A stretch of 64,000 bases of DNA, from the IMG/VR virus record IMGVR_UViG_3300006120_000019, positions 1 through 64,000 of that record; one strand, 5' to 3'. Shown piece after piece: positions 56,481-64,000 of this stretch. This DNA comes from a virus (lineage: Duplodnaviria > Caudoviricetes). Numbering within the stretch: position 1 is the first letter of the stretch; each line of letters begins with the position of its first letter. The position numbers and the translations under genes are program-made. The notes under the pieces were generated by a model. The model worked only from the letters and a program-made list of their open reading frames with translations, did no database searches and was not told the DNA's origin.

Positions 56481-57613
56481 AATCTTTCTGGAAAATAATC
56501 TTGCATGACACCATCTCTGTGCAAGTCGCTGGTCACACAATGTATGCCACCGTCCCAGAAATATCTATGTCTGAACGGAATCACATGTGGTGTAATACCA
56601 TATCGATCTAGTGCATCAAAAACAGTTTTATTATAATTAAACACAATGACATTTTTTGGATCAATGATCAACATGTTGACATCAAACACTGTTTCTTCCA
56701 CATAACCAGTCCAATGAGAGAGCCATGTTTCAACTGTGTCTGTTACTGCATGATCATGTTCAAATCCTGGTATCCACCAACGTCCTTTGTTTTTTTCTTT
56801 AAGAGTCATAAAAGATGACACTTGCTCCCAACTTTGATTGGGTAAGTACACGACTTCCCAACCTGGAAATGTGTCAGCGTATGTGGGCACATCCATTAGA
56901 CTTATTATCAGTCCTGGGCACACTGGACAATATGTGCCATCGCTGTGTCCACCAGTATCTACAATGTGATTTCTAGTTGTGGTAAATTCAGACTCAGCAT
57001 ATTTTTTAATTTCGTCTATGCCTTGGCCATATTGTTCAGTACCAAAATATAAATCTTTTCCAATTCTTGTGACCATGGCACCGTTTAACAAAGTGTAAAA
57101 TAAATTTACTACTTTGTTTCCTTGATTTTTGATGTGTGAAAAAATATCATTATAACAATCCTTAGTATTAGCTAAACGCTGATATTTTTTATATTCATCC
57201 TTGCAACGCAATTTTATACTGTCTGGTAAATGTTCTATATCTTCTTCACTGTGACATTCTGGAAAGCCAATTTCTTTAAAATTATAGTAAAAATGACCAA
57301 AATTATATGAGTTATAATTGTTGTAAAAAGTTTCACCAAGCATTATGGTATAATCTCTAGGAGTCATTGGCGGAGGAATATATTTTCCGTTTAAAAACTG
57401 TGTACTTGGTAAGTTAGGACGTAAAACTTCTACATTGAAACTTTGTAATTTTTTTATAATAGCTTGATAATCTTCTTCGGTTTCTATTGCTATACGTTCA
57501 AATAATTTTCTCACATGCGGTACAGTGATCCATGAATAAAATTCAGGAGGATAGCTACGCCCGACTATGCATACTCGTAACGGATCCCAGTGTTGATAAA
57601 CGGAATAAGTCAT
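56477..57613 (-). CDS. Amidinotransferase (AGAT/StrB1-like), copy 1
   Basis: Same catalytic motifs (TPRD, GHSDG, GGIHCVT). Start reassigned to ATG 57613 (ATGA overlap). Confidence 0.9.
   Translation of the reverse strand: MTYSVYQHWDPLRVCIVGRSYPPEFYSWITVPHVRKLFERIAIETEEDYQAIIKKLQSFNVEVLRPNLPSTQFLNGKYIPPPMTPRDYTIMLGETFYNNYNSYNFGHFYYNFKEIGFPECHSEEDIEHLPDSIKLRCKDEYKKYQRLANTKDCYNDIFSHIKNQGNKVVNLFYTLLNGAMVTRIGKDLYFGTEQYGQGIDEIKKYAESEFTTTRNHIVDTGGHSDGTYCPVCPGLIISLMDVPTYADTFPGWEVVYLPNQSWEQVSSFMTLKEKNKGRWWIPGFEHDHAVTDTVETWLSHWTGYVEETVFDVNMLIIDPKNVIVFNYNKTVFDALDRYGITPHVIPFRHRYFWDGGIHCVTSDLHRDGVMQDYFPERL
56492..56734. repeat. Direct repeat, copy B
   Basis: Partner of 54924-55166, lying in the 3' ends of the two amidinotransferase genes. 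Confidence 0.85.
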
Positions 57614-58098
57614 GATCTTGGATCTCGTCGATGTTTGAACAATGATTTCAAGTATTCTTTGGGCCATGTGTCATAAAAGCCTTTGGCAGCTATTTGTTTA
57701 GCTCGAGCGTCTAAATCGCTTAAACTTTGTACCAGAGCCAAAGCATAAGTGCCTTGATTCATTGTCACGCCGTTGACTATTTCTGGATCTGCAGGATGAT
57801 CTTCCAAGGCCAGCATGTCCTTGCGCAACAAACATTCTTTGTTGGCCTGTGAAACGCTAGAACTAAACAGTTCGTAACTCCATTCTGCAGGATCATACGC
57901 ATACACAATGACTTCGTACTGGCCCATGCCCCACTGACTGCGATTTTTTAAATCATAGTAAGGATCCATGCCTGTAAAAATTGCCACTGTGTTTTTTAAT
58001 CTAGCACTGCGAGCATAAGGACAAGGCGGCCAGCCTCCCAGTGCTGGATGTGGAACTTCTACAAAGCGTTCACTCCAGGCTAAAATATCTCGTCGTAC
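57610..58098 (-). CDS. DUF1415-like protein
   Basis: W...FVE.PHP.LGG.PPCPYAR, DHP, Y.LALVQ.L..L...A..L...GFYD.W. The ORF track gives 58116 as the start, which fits MLDQ; the 58098 boundary is approximate. Confidence 0.55.
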   Translation of the reverse strand, partial: VRRDILAWSERFVEVPHPALGGWPPCPYARSARLKNTVAIFTGMDPYYDLKNRSQWGMGQYEVIVYAYDPAEWSYELFSSSVSQANKECLLRKDMLALEDHPADPEIVNGVTMNQGTYALALVQSLSDLDARAKQIAAKGFYDTWPKEYLKSLFKHRRDPRS

Positions 58099-58117
58099 TT
58101 GTTCTTGATCTAACATA

Positions 58118-58354
58118 TTAAAAAAATGGAAGCCCTGATTTTTTGGTAGTTTCCATGTTGTCTTTGATTATTTGCCCAATCATTTCTTTTTCACTGATAC
58201 TGAGTTGCAGAGCCTGCTCGTAGCTGATGCCACCTCGCATGTACCAAGCCATTTGCAACGCCTCCCTTTTGATATTTTTGATATCTTTGTCCATCTGATC
58301 CACAATCTTGCCAATTGTGTCTGCATCAGAGACTAGGAGGCGGGTACGAAAAAA
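58118..58354 (-). CDS. gp51: gp51-like baseplate hub assembly ORF, probably reached by a -1 frameshift from gp26
   Basis: REALQMAWYMRGGISYEQALQLS..E.EMI..II.DN.E.TKKSGLPFF. It overlaps the end of gp26 in the -1 frame across T TTT TTC. Confidence 0.7.
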   Translation of the reverse strand, partial: FFRTRLLVSDADTIGKIVDQMDKDIKNIKREALQMAWYMRGGISYEQALQLSISEKEMIGQIIKDNMETTKKSGLPFF

Positions 58355-59172
58355 GTTGACATGTCCAGGGCCACACTCTGCTCGTATTCGTTGGTACATT
58401 CATTGCAAACTATTTTCATGGGTTGCATTTCAGCCTGTGCTTTGAGTTTTATAATGTGATCTCTGATCTGTGTGAACAAATTCCTGTCACAGTTTTTTAG
58501 GAATTCTTCTATGTATTCTGGCTCACTAACCATGGCAGTGGGCGTTTTGATTGTGGCCACACTTTGTGCCAGGGCCGACACTGTGATATCCGTGATTTTT
58601 TTCATGGCTGCAGTCAGTGCAGTCATCTTGTCATTGTTGTTCATCTCAGCGTTGGGCAAGATCTGCAATAGTTTTTGATTTTCAAACTGCATTTGATTGT
58701 TGTCGTTGAGATTGCGATAATTCATGGGTCTGAAGTAGATTTCAACGTCGCCGGCTCTAATGCTTTCACCGTAGTTGGGCGCAGAAATTCTGTCCAACAC
58801 AGTTCTTAAATCAACTGATCGATCACTGGTTGCTGCACATTTTGGACATTTAGTATCAAATTCCATTTCATGTCCGTAGCTGGCAATGCGTATGGCAATT
58901 AGAATAGCATCCACATCCATGGCAGGCACTGCCCAGCCATTTAGGATATTGGGCAAGCAACTTTCGATCACATTTACAGTGGCTTGTCCGTTGAACAAGG
59001 CGTCGGGTGTTCGGTAGGTTATTTCATCAATGGCAGTCATAGGCAACACAGGCAATTCCCCTGTGTCAGTCATGGTCAGTGTGCCAGGCGGATAAAACTG
59101 CCCGTTGCTGGGCAATCGAATGTAGATTGCAGGTTGTCTAAAATACTGTTGAAGCGGGTTGTTTGATGGCAT
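58333..59172 (-). CDS. gp26: Baseplate hub assembly protein / tail chaperone, T4 gp26-like
   Basis: IRLPSNG.FY...PMTA.DE......AL.NG.A....I.SC, D.DAILIAIRIASYG, and CPKC / CNEC zinc motifs. Confidence 0.85.
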   Translation of the reverse strand: MPSNNPLQQYFRQPAIYIRLPSNGQFYPPGTLTMTDTGELPVLPMTAIDEITYRTPDALFNGQATVNVIESCLPNILNGWAVPAMDVDAILIAIRIASYGHEMEFDTKCPKCAATSDRSVDLRTVLDRISAPNYGESIRAGDVEIYFRPMNYRNLNDNNQMQFENQKLLQILPNAEMNNNDKMTALTAAMKKITDITVSALAQSVATIKTPTAMVSEPEYIEEFLKNCDRNLFTQIRDHIIKLKAQAEMQPMKIVCNECTNEYEQSVALDMSTFFVPAS

Positions 59173-59182
59173 GGTCGTCCTC

Positions 59183-59190
59183 GGTAAATA
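59183..59190 (+). promoter_or_regulatory. Late promoter-like GGTAAATA upstream of the tape measure gene
   Basis: 5 nt upstream of ATG 59196. Confidence 0.7.
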
Positions 59191-59195
59191 TAATT

Positions 59196-61883
59196 ATGAC
59201 TGATCGCTACACCCAAGAAGAAATCCAAGAAATCGCTGACAACTATGCCAACGCATTAAAATCTGGCATTGAGCCCACGGCTGACATGACCCGTGAAATG
59301 AAAGATGCCGCAGTTGGTATCAAAGGCTATACTGCAGCAGTTGAATCAGCTAAAAAACAATTTGTTTCCAGTTTAAGTAAAACTGCAGGTGATCTTGGCA
59401 CTGCCATGTACAAAGGCACCAAGGGTGCAGGTGTCTTAGGAGACGCAGCCGAACAAGCAGGAACTGCACTAGAAGTCATGATCTTGGCCATACCCGGAAT
59501 TGGTCTAGCAGCCAAAGCAGCTGCAGTGGCCATTGGCTTGTTTGCCAAAGGCGTCAACATGGCTGCCAAGCAAAGTGATGCACTGTACAAGAGCTATCAA
59601 GAACTTGGCAAAAGCGGCCAAGGGGCCGCAGGCGGTATCACTGATGTGTTCAACAGCATGCAGAAGTTGGGCTACGGAATTGAAGAACTGGATTCAGCAG
59701 TTAAATTATTGACCGGTCACTCTACAGATTTAGCTACATTTAGCGGTACTGCAGCTTCAGGAGCACAAGCATTTGCAGATTCAATGAAAGGTATCACACA
59801 CGGGCCTTTCTTGGAAGAAATGATGAATCTGGGCAAAACAGTTGACGACCTCAATGCTGCTGGTGCATCATATGTCAAACAACAAGTGCTCATGGGCCGC
59901 AGTCAACGAGATATACAAGGTACACAGACTGAACGTACCATGGCCTATATTAAATCTCTGGATACCCTGCAGAGATTAACTGGACAAAGCGCAGAAGCTT
60001 TGGAAAAACAACAAGAAGAAGCCTTGGATGACGATGCCTATAATATCTACATGGAGCGATTGGAACAAAGTGGCAAAGCAGGACAAGAACAAGCGCAAAA
60101 AATAAAAGAATCATTGGCAATGTTAGATCCAAGCATACAAAAATTAGCCAGAGCGGGTATTGGTGGTAATGTTGGAGCTCAAGGCGAGCTGATGAACATG
60201 ATGCCAAACTTTATTAAAGATTTGCGAGATCAAAATATGTCTCGCGATCAGACTCTTGCCAATGCTAACCGAGATCTTATAACATTCAAAGACAGATTTG
60301 GCGACAACTATATGCAGGCCGCTGATTCAATGGAAGGCTTTGGCGTACATGTAACAGCCATAAACAAAACCATTGGGCAAACTGGCAATCTCAAAGAGCG
60401 CGAAGCATACGCTGCCAAAGAAAAAGAAATGCACGATAAAGCAACTGAAAATCTCACGCAGACACAGATTGCGCAAATGAACACTAGAGACAGTTTGCAG
60501 GGTTTGGTACAACTGGGTGTGGCACCAGCCACTAGTGCACTAGGAACGTTGGCAGAAGTTGTAGATGATTTGACAAGTCTTTTACCAGGTTCTAGCTCCA
60601 AACACAAAAATGATGCAGTAGCAACTTCTGGTGGTAAAGTTGGAACCAAAGGTGGTAGATCAACTGCAACCATGGTAGGAGCCGCTGGTGGCGCAATGGC
60701 AGGAGCCGAACTTGGTGGAGAAATTGGATTAGCTTTTGGCGGAGTTGGTGCAATTCCAGGTGCAGCAATTGGTGGAGCCCTTGGCGGAATACTAGGTGGA
60801 ATTGCTGGAAATTTAGGATACGGAACATTTGGTGGCGACAAAGGAGTGGGCAAAACTGCTGGTGCCGAAACTGCAATGACTTATTTTCAAAGTCAAGGGT
60901 GGACCAAAGAACAAGCTGCTGGTATAGTAGGAAATTTACAAGCTGAATCAGGGCCATCTCTCAATCCCAAAGCAGTGGGAGACAACGGCCAGGCCTATGG
61001 TATTGCTCAATGGCATCCAGATCGCCAAGCAATATTTAAACAACAAATGCAGAAAGACATAAAAGAATCTTCACTGGAAGAACAGTTACGATTTGTACAG
61101 TGGGAGTTGTCTAATACAGAAATGGTTGCAGGAAATGCGTTGCACTCCGCTAAAGCTGCCAACGAAGCAGCTCAAATTTTTGATCGCATGTATGAAAGAA
61201 GTTCTGGTACTACTCTAAACAAACGTATGGCCAATGCAAACACACTGGCAGAGAAAAAAGCTGAGTTTGGCGGCATTGTTCGAGCTAGACCAGGTGGAAC
61301 CAATATTCTGGCAGGCGAAGCCGGGGATGACGAAGCATTTGTGCCTTTGCGTGGTGGCAAGATTCCTGTGGACATTAAAAATTCTAGTTTTATTAAAGAA
61401 TTCACACGTGATATACTTGGCAATATAGGAATGGATCAACCGCAAAGATCTGGTGTAACGGCCAGAGAAGGAGTGGAAAATCTTAGATTACTGCTGCCAG
61501 AATTTAGTCGAGCTATATCTGGCAGTATGGGCAATATTCAAGAAGTTCAAGCTGCATCAATAATGTCGTCAGTTAAAACCACTCTGGATAATTTTGTCAA
61601 AACAAAAATGCCTAATCCTGGTGATTTTGCGGGCAGTTCAGTGTTGCCAAATTTCAACAAAGCACTGCCCGAAACAGACACTGCAACCATGTTGTCCGAC
61701 AGAACTGACAAACTCACACAACAGTTGGCTAAATTGGAAAAACTGCCGGTAGCTGCCGGCGGCTCTGACAACTCACAGCAACTGGCGCTGATGAGTCAAC
61801 AGCTAAACAAACTGGATGAACTGGTCAGAGTCATGAACAGTCAGCTAAATGTGTCAGGAAAGATATTGGCTTACCAACACTGA
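59196..61883 (+). CDS. Tape-measure-like protein with a phage tail lysozyme domain
   Basis: Long Ala/Gly/Gln-rich helical region, GWTKEQAAGIVGNLQAES...YGIAQW and GGIV......LAGEAG.EAFVPL. Start reassigned to ATG 59196. Confidence 0.8.
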   Translation: MTDRYTQEEIQEIADNYANALKSGIEPTADMTREMKDAAVGIKGYTAAVESAKKQFVSSLSKTAGDLGTAMYKGTKGAGVLGDAAEQAGTALEVMILAIPGIGLAAKAAAVAIGLFAKGVNMAAKQSDALYKSYQELGKSGQGAAGGITDVFNSMQKLGYGIEELDSAVKLLTGHSTDLATFSGTAASGAQAFADSMKGITHGPFLEEMMNLGKTVDDLNAAGASYVKQQVLMGRSQRDIQGTQTERTMAYIKSLDTLQRLTGQSAEALEKQQEEALDDDAYNIYMERLEQSGKAGQEQAQKIKESLAMLDPSIQKLARAGIGGNVGAQGELMNMMPNFIKDLRDQNMSRDQTLANANRDLITFKDRFGDNYMQAADSMEGFGVHVTAINKTIGQTGNLKEREAYAAKEKEMHDKATENLTQTQIAQMNTRDSLQGLVQLGVAPATSALGTLAEVVDDLTSLLPGSSSKHKNDAVATSGGKVGTKGGRSTATMVGAAGGAMAGAELGGEIGLAFGGVGAIPGAAIGGALGGILGGIAGNLGYGTFGGDKGVGKTAGAETAMTYFQSQGWTKEQAAGIVGNLQAESGPSLNPKAVGDNGQAYGIAQWHPDRQAIFKQQMQKDIKESSLEEQLRFVQWELSNTEMVAGNALHSAKAANEAAQIFDRMYERSSGTTLNKRMANANTLAEKKAEFGGIVRARPGGTNILAGEAGDDEAFVPLRGGKIPVDIKNSSFIKEFTRDILGNIGMDQPQRSGVTAREGVENLRLLLPEFSRAISGSMGNIQEVQAASIMSSVKTTLDNFVKTKMPNPGDFAGSSVLPNFNKALPETDTATMLSDRTDKLTQQLAKLEKLPVAAGGSDNSQQLALMSQQLNKLDELVRVMNSQLNVSGKILAYQH

Positions 61884-61888
61884 TCTGC

Positions 61889-61896
61889 GGTAAATA
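61889..61896 (+). promoter_or_regulatory. Late promoter-like GGTAAATA upstream of the portal gene
   Basis: Followed by AAGGAA and then ATG 61914. Confidence 0.7.
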
Positions 61897-61913
61897 CTGC
61901 AAGGAAAACTCAC

Positions 61914-63737
61914 ATGTCTTGGAGAAAATATTTCAAAGTCGCTGGCCCTGAGGGAGTAGGCGGCGCACTCAGCCCAATTTCTGGTCGTAATCAATTTGGC
62001 ATCCCTGGCTATGATCGTCAACGTGGGGGTGATTACACTGGCGGAACTCCCAATGATTTTGCCTTTAGAAACTATGCCAGTAGATTGCCTGAAGTGTATT
62101 CTGGACACCCAAATCGTGTGGAACGCTACAACCAGTACGAAAACATGGATGCTGATTCAGAAGTCAATGCATGTTTAGACATCATTGCTGAATTTTCCAC
62201 ACAACTAAACGACGACAACGAAACACCTTTTGACATACATTTTTCTGACAAGCCCACGGATCACGAAATTGAAATTATCAAAAAACAACTGCAACAGTGG
62301 ACCAAGCTAAACAAGCTGGATCAGCGCATATTCAAACTGTTTCGCAATACCATCAAATACGGTGATCAGGTTTTTTTGCGTGATCCAGAAACGTTTGAAA
62401 TGTTCTGGGTTGACATGGTCAAAGTGGCCAGGGTTATTGTAAATGAATCAGAAGGTAAGCGTCCAGAACAGTACATAATCCGAGATATCAATCCCAACTT
62501 TCAAAACATGAGTGTGGCATCAAAAACCACACAGGATTACTATGTCAGCAGAGCCACAGGCGCCTCAGGACAAACCAACTATACTGCGCCCAACGGAGGC
62601 GGCTACGGTGGAGCAGGTGGCGGCGTAGGCAACAACAGATTCACACAGGCCATGAACGAAAGTTGCATAGACAGCCGTCATATTGTGCATTTGAGCTTGA
62701 ACGAAGGCCTGGATTTCTTTTGGCCTTTTGGGCAAAGTATCTTAGAAAATATCTTCAAAGTTTACAAACAAAAAGAATTGCTAGAAGATTCTGTGTTGAT
62801 TTATCGTGTGCAACGTGCTCCAGAACGCAGACTATTCAAGATTGATGTGGGTAACATGCCCAGCCACATGGCCATGCAGTTTGTAGAACGTGTCAAAAAC
62901 GAAATGCATCAGCGTAGAATTCCTACTACCACTGGTGGTGGTGGAAATATGATGGATGCCAGTTACAATCCACTCAGTATCAACGAAGATTACTTTTTCC
63001 CACAGACATCTGATGGGCGTGGCAGTTCAGTAGAAGTACTGCCTGGTGGTGAAAATCTTGGCGAAATTGATGACTTGAAATACTTCAACAACAAAATGGC
63101 ACGCGGTCTACGTGTGCCGTCAAGTTATTTGCCCACAGGTCCTGATGATTCTGGTATTGCCATGAACGACGGCAAAGTAGGCACTGCCTTAATTCAAGAG
63201 TATAGATTCAATCAATACTGTATTCGTTTGCAGAACTTGATCATGCAAAAACTGGATGATGAATTCAAAATGTTCCTGCGTTGGAGAGGCTTCAACATTG
63301 ATTCTGGCTTGTTTACTATCAAACTATGTCCGCCACAGAACTTTGCTAGTTATCGTCAAAGCGAACTAGATACCACTAGAATCACTGCATTCACACAGTT
63401 AGAACCCTTGCCCTACATGAGCAAGCGTTTTTTAATGAAACGTTATCTAGGTCTCACTGAAGAAGAAATTATTGAAAACGAACAACACTGGCGCGAAGAA
63501 CGTGATCAACCTGAATTGGAAACCACACAAGGGCAGGATCTGCGTAGTATTGGTATTACTCCAGCTGGCATGGAAGCTGACATCGAAACAGGACAAGAAT
63601 TATCTCAAAGTGAGCTAGCTGGTGCACCTGGCAGCCAACCTACACCCAGTGTGAGCCCCGGTGCCAATAGTTTAGGTGGCTCAGCTGGTGCTGCTGGAGC
63701 TCCCAGTGGCGGTGCGCCCGGAGTGCCAGGAGTATAA
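61914..63737 (+). CDS. gp20: Portal vertex protein, T4 gp20-like
   Basis: YENMDADSEVNACLDII, EDSVLIYRVQRAPERRLFKIDVGNMP, EDYFFP...GRGSSVEVLPGGENLGEIDDLKYF. Confidence 0.96.
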   Translation: MSWRKYFKVAGPEGVGGALSPISGRNQFGIPGYDRQRGGDYTGGTPNDFAFRNYASRLPEVYSGHPNRVERYNQYENMDADSEVNACLDIIAEFSTQLNDDNETPFDIHFSDKPTDHEIEIIKKQLQQWTKLNKLDQRIFKLFRNTIKYGDQVFLRDPETFEMFWVDMVKVARVIVNESEGKRPEQYIIRDINPNFQNMSVASKTTQDYYVSRATGASGQTNYTAPNGGGYGGAGGGVGNNRFTQAMNESCIDSRHIVHLSLNEGLDFFWPFGQSILENIFKVYKQKELLEDSVLIYRVQRAPERRLFKIDVGNMPSHMAMQFVERVKNEMHQRRIPTTTGGGGNMMDASYNPLSINEDYFFPQTSDGRGSSVEVLPGGENLGEIDDLKYFNNKMARGLRVPSSYLPTGPDDSGIAMNDGKVGTALIQEYRFNQYCIRLQNLIMQKLDDEFKMFLRWRGFNIDSGLFTIKLCPPQNFASYRQSELDTTRITAFTQLEPLPYMSKRFLMKRYLGLTEEEIIENEQHWREERDQPELETTQGQDLRSIGITPAGMEADIETGQELSQSELAGAPGSQPTPSVSPGANSLGGSAGAAGAPSGGAPGVPGV

Positions 63738-63740
63738 ATA
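63733..63740 (+). promoter_or_regulatory. Canonical T4 late promoter TATAAATA
   Basis: Exact match 5 nt upstream of ATG 63746. Confidence 0.7.
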
Positions 63741-63745
63741 ACACT

Positions 63746-63967
63746 ATGATTCTCAACGAAATATACGAAAAATCGCCAGCTGCTTATCAAGATCTCAGTC
63801 AAGATAACAGTCAACTCAAGCTGGGCGATTTGAGAAAAACTCGGTTGACACTACGTCAGTTAAACAAGTTGCGACAAATGAACGATGTGCGTAGCTATGA
63901 ATACAAAGAAAAATTAAAATTAGTGCGTCAACAGTACGCACCTCCTCCTGTGGCTCCTGGTCTGTAA
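63746..63967 (+). CDS. Small head-module hypothetical protein
   Basis: Preceded by TATAAATA (63733-63740). Follows the portal gene. Confidence 0.75.
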   Translation: MILNEIYEKSPAAYQDLSQDNSQLKLGDLRKTRLTLRQLNKLRQMNDVRSYEYKEKLKLVRQQYAPPPVAPGL

Positions 63968-64000
63968 TATTTTTTAAATATTACCAGTTTTCTGCCTCAA

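Noticed and set aside
54924-56734. Diversity-generating retroelement TR/VR pair
   Set aside because: Both repeats sit in intact paralogous ORFs, the differences are not adenine-specific, and no reverse transcriptase is present in the window.
58355-58399. ORF-track start for the gp51-like gene (MYQRIRAECG...)
   Set aside because: It overlaps gp26 coding sequence and has no RBS. A frameshift entry or the internal Met is more plausible.
912-63814. Many short antisense or overlapping ORFs in the track (for example 928..1182, 26959..27444, 37115..37645, 41321..42238, 60308..60853)
   Set aside because: They are nested in or antisense to well-supported genes and show no recognisable motifs.
1-64000. 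Alternative genetic code (stop-codon reassignment), CRISPR array, tRNA genes
   Set aside because: Very long ORFs are intact under the standard code, and TAA, TGA and TAG all end genes at overlapped junctions. No spaced repeat array or tRNA cloverleaf was seen by eye.

Overview
About 64 kb of a large, AT-rich, T4-superfamily (myovirus-like) phage genome, read with the standard genetic code. No tRNA, rRNA or CRISPR array was seen, and the host cannot be inferred. All family calls are from motif recognition, not database searches. Layout: (1) 1-15.7 kb, minus strand: a tightly coupled modification operon with a carbamoyltransferase missed by the ORF track, six twitch-domain radical SAM enzymes, two sulfotransferase-like genes and several glycosyltransferase-like genes. 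(2) 15.7-45.9 kb, minus strand: tail fibre and baseplate genes, including a 4749-aa protein, gp6, gp25, gp5, a hub gene split by one in-frame TAA, gp53 and a tube-initiator-like gene. (3) 46-54.6 kb, plus strand: late sigma factor gp55, gp47 and gp46 with a split GT-like gene between them, a seventh radical SAM, a GIY-YIG nuclease, an SGNH-like protein and a ~400-nt highly structured non-coding element. (4) 54.6-59.2 kb, minus strand: gp26 with an apparent -1 frameshift into a gp51-like ORF, then a cassette of a DUF1415-like gene, two amidinotransferases, an Arg-tRNA-transferase-like gene and a DUF6614-like gene. (5) 59.2-64 kb, plus strand: tape-measure-like protein with a lysozyme domain and portal gp20. 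The best novelty candidates are the arginine-centred cassette, the structured non-coding element, the radical SAM/sulfo/glyco/carbamoyl operon and the gp26-gp51 frameshift.
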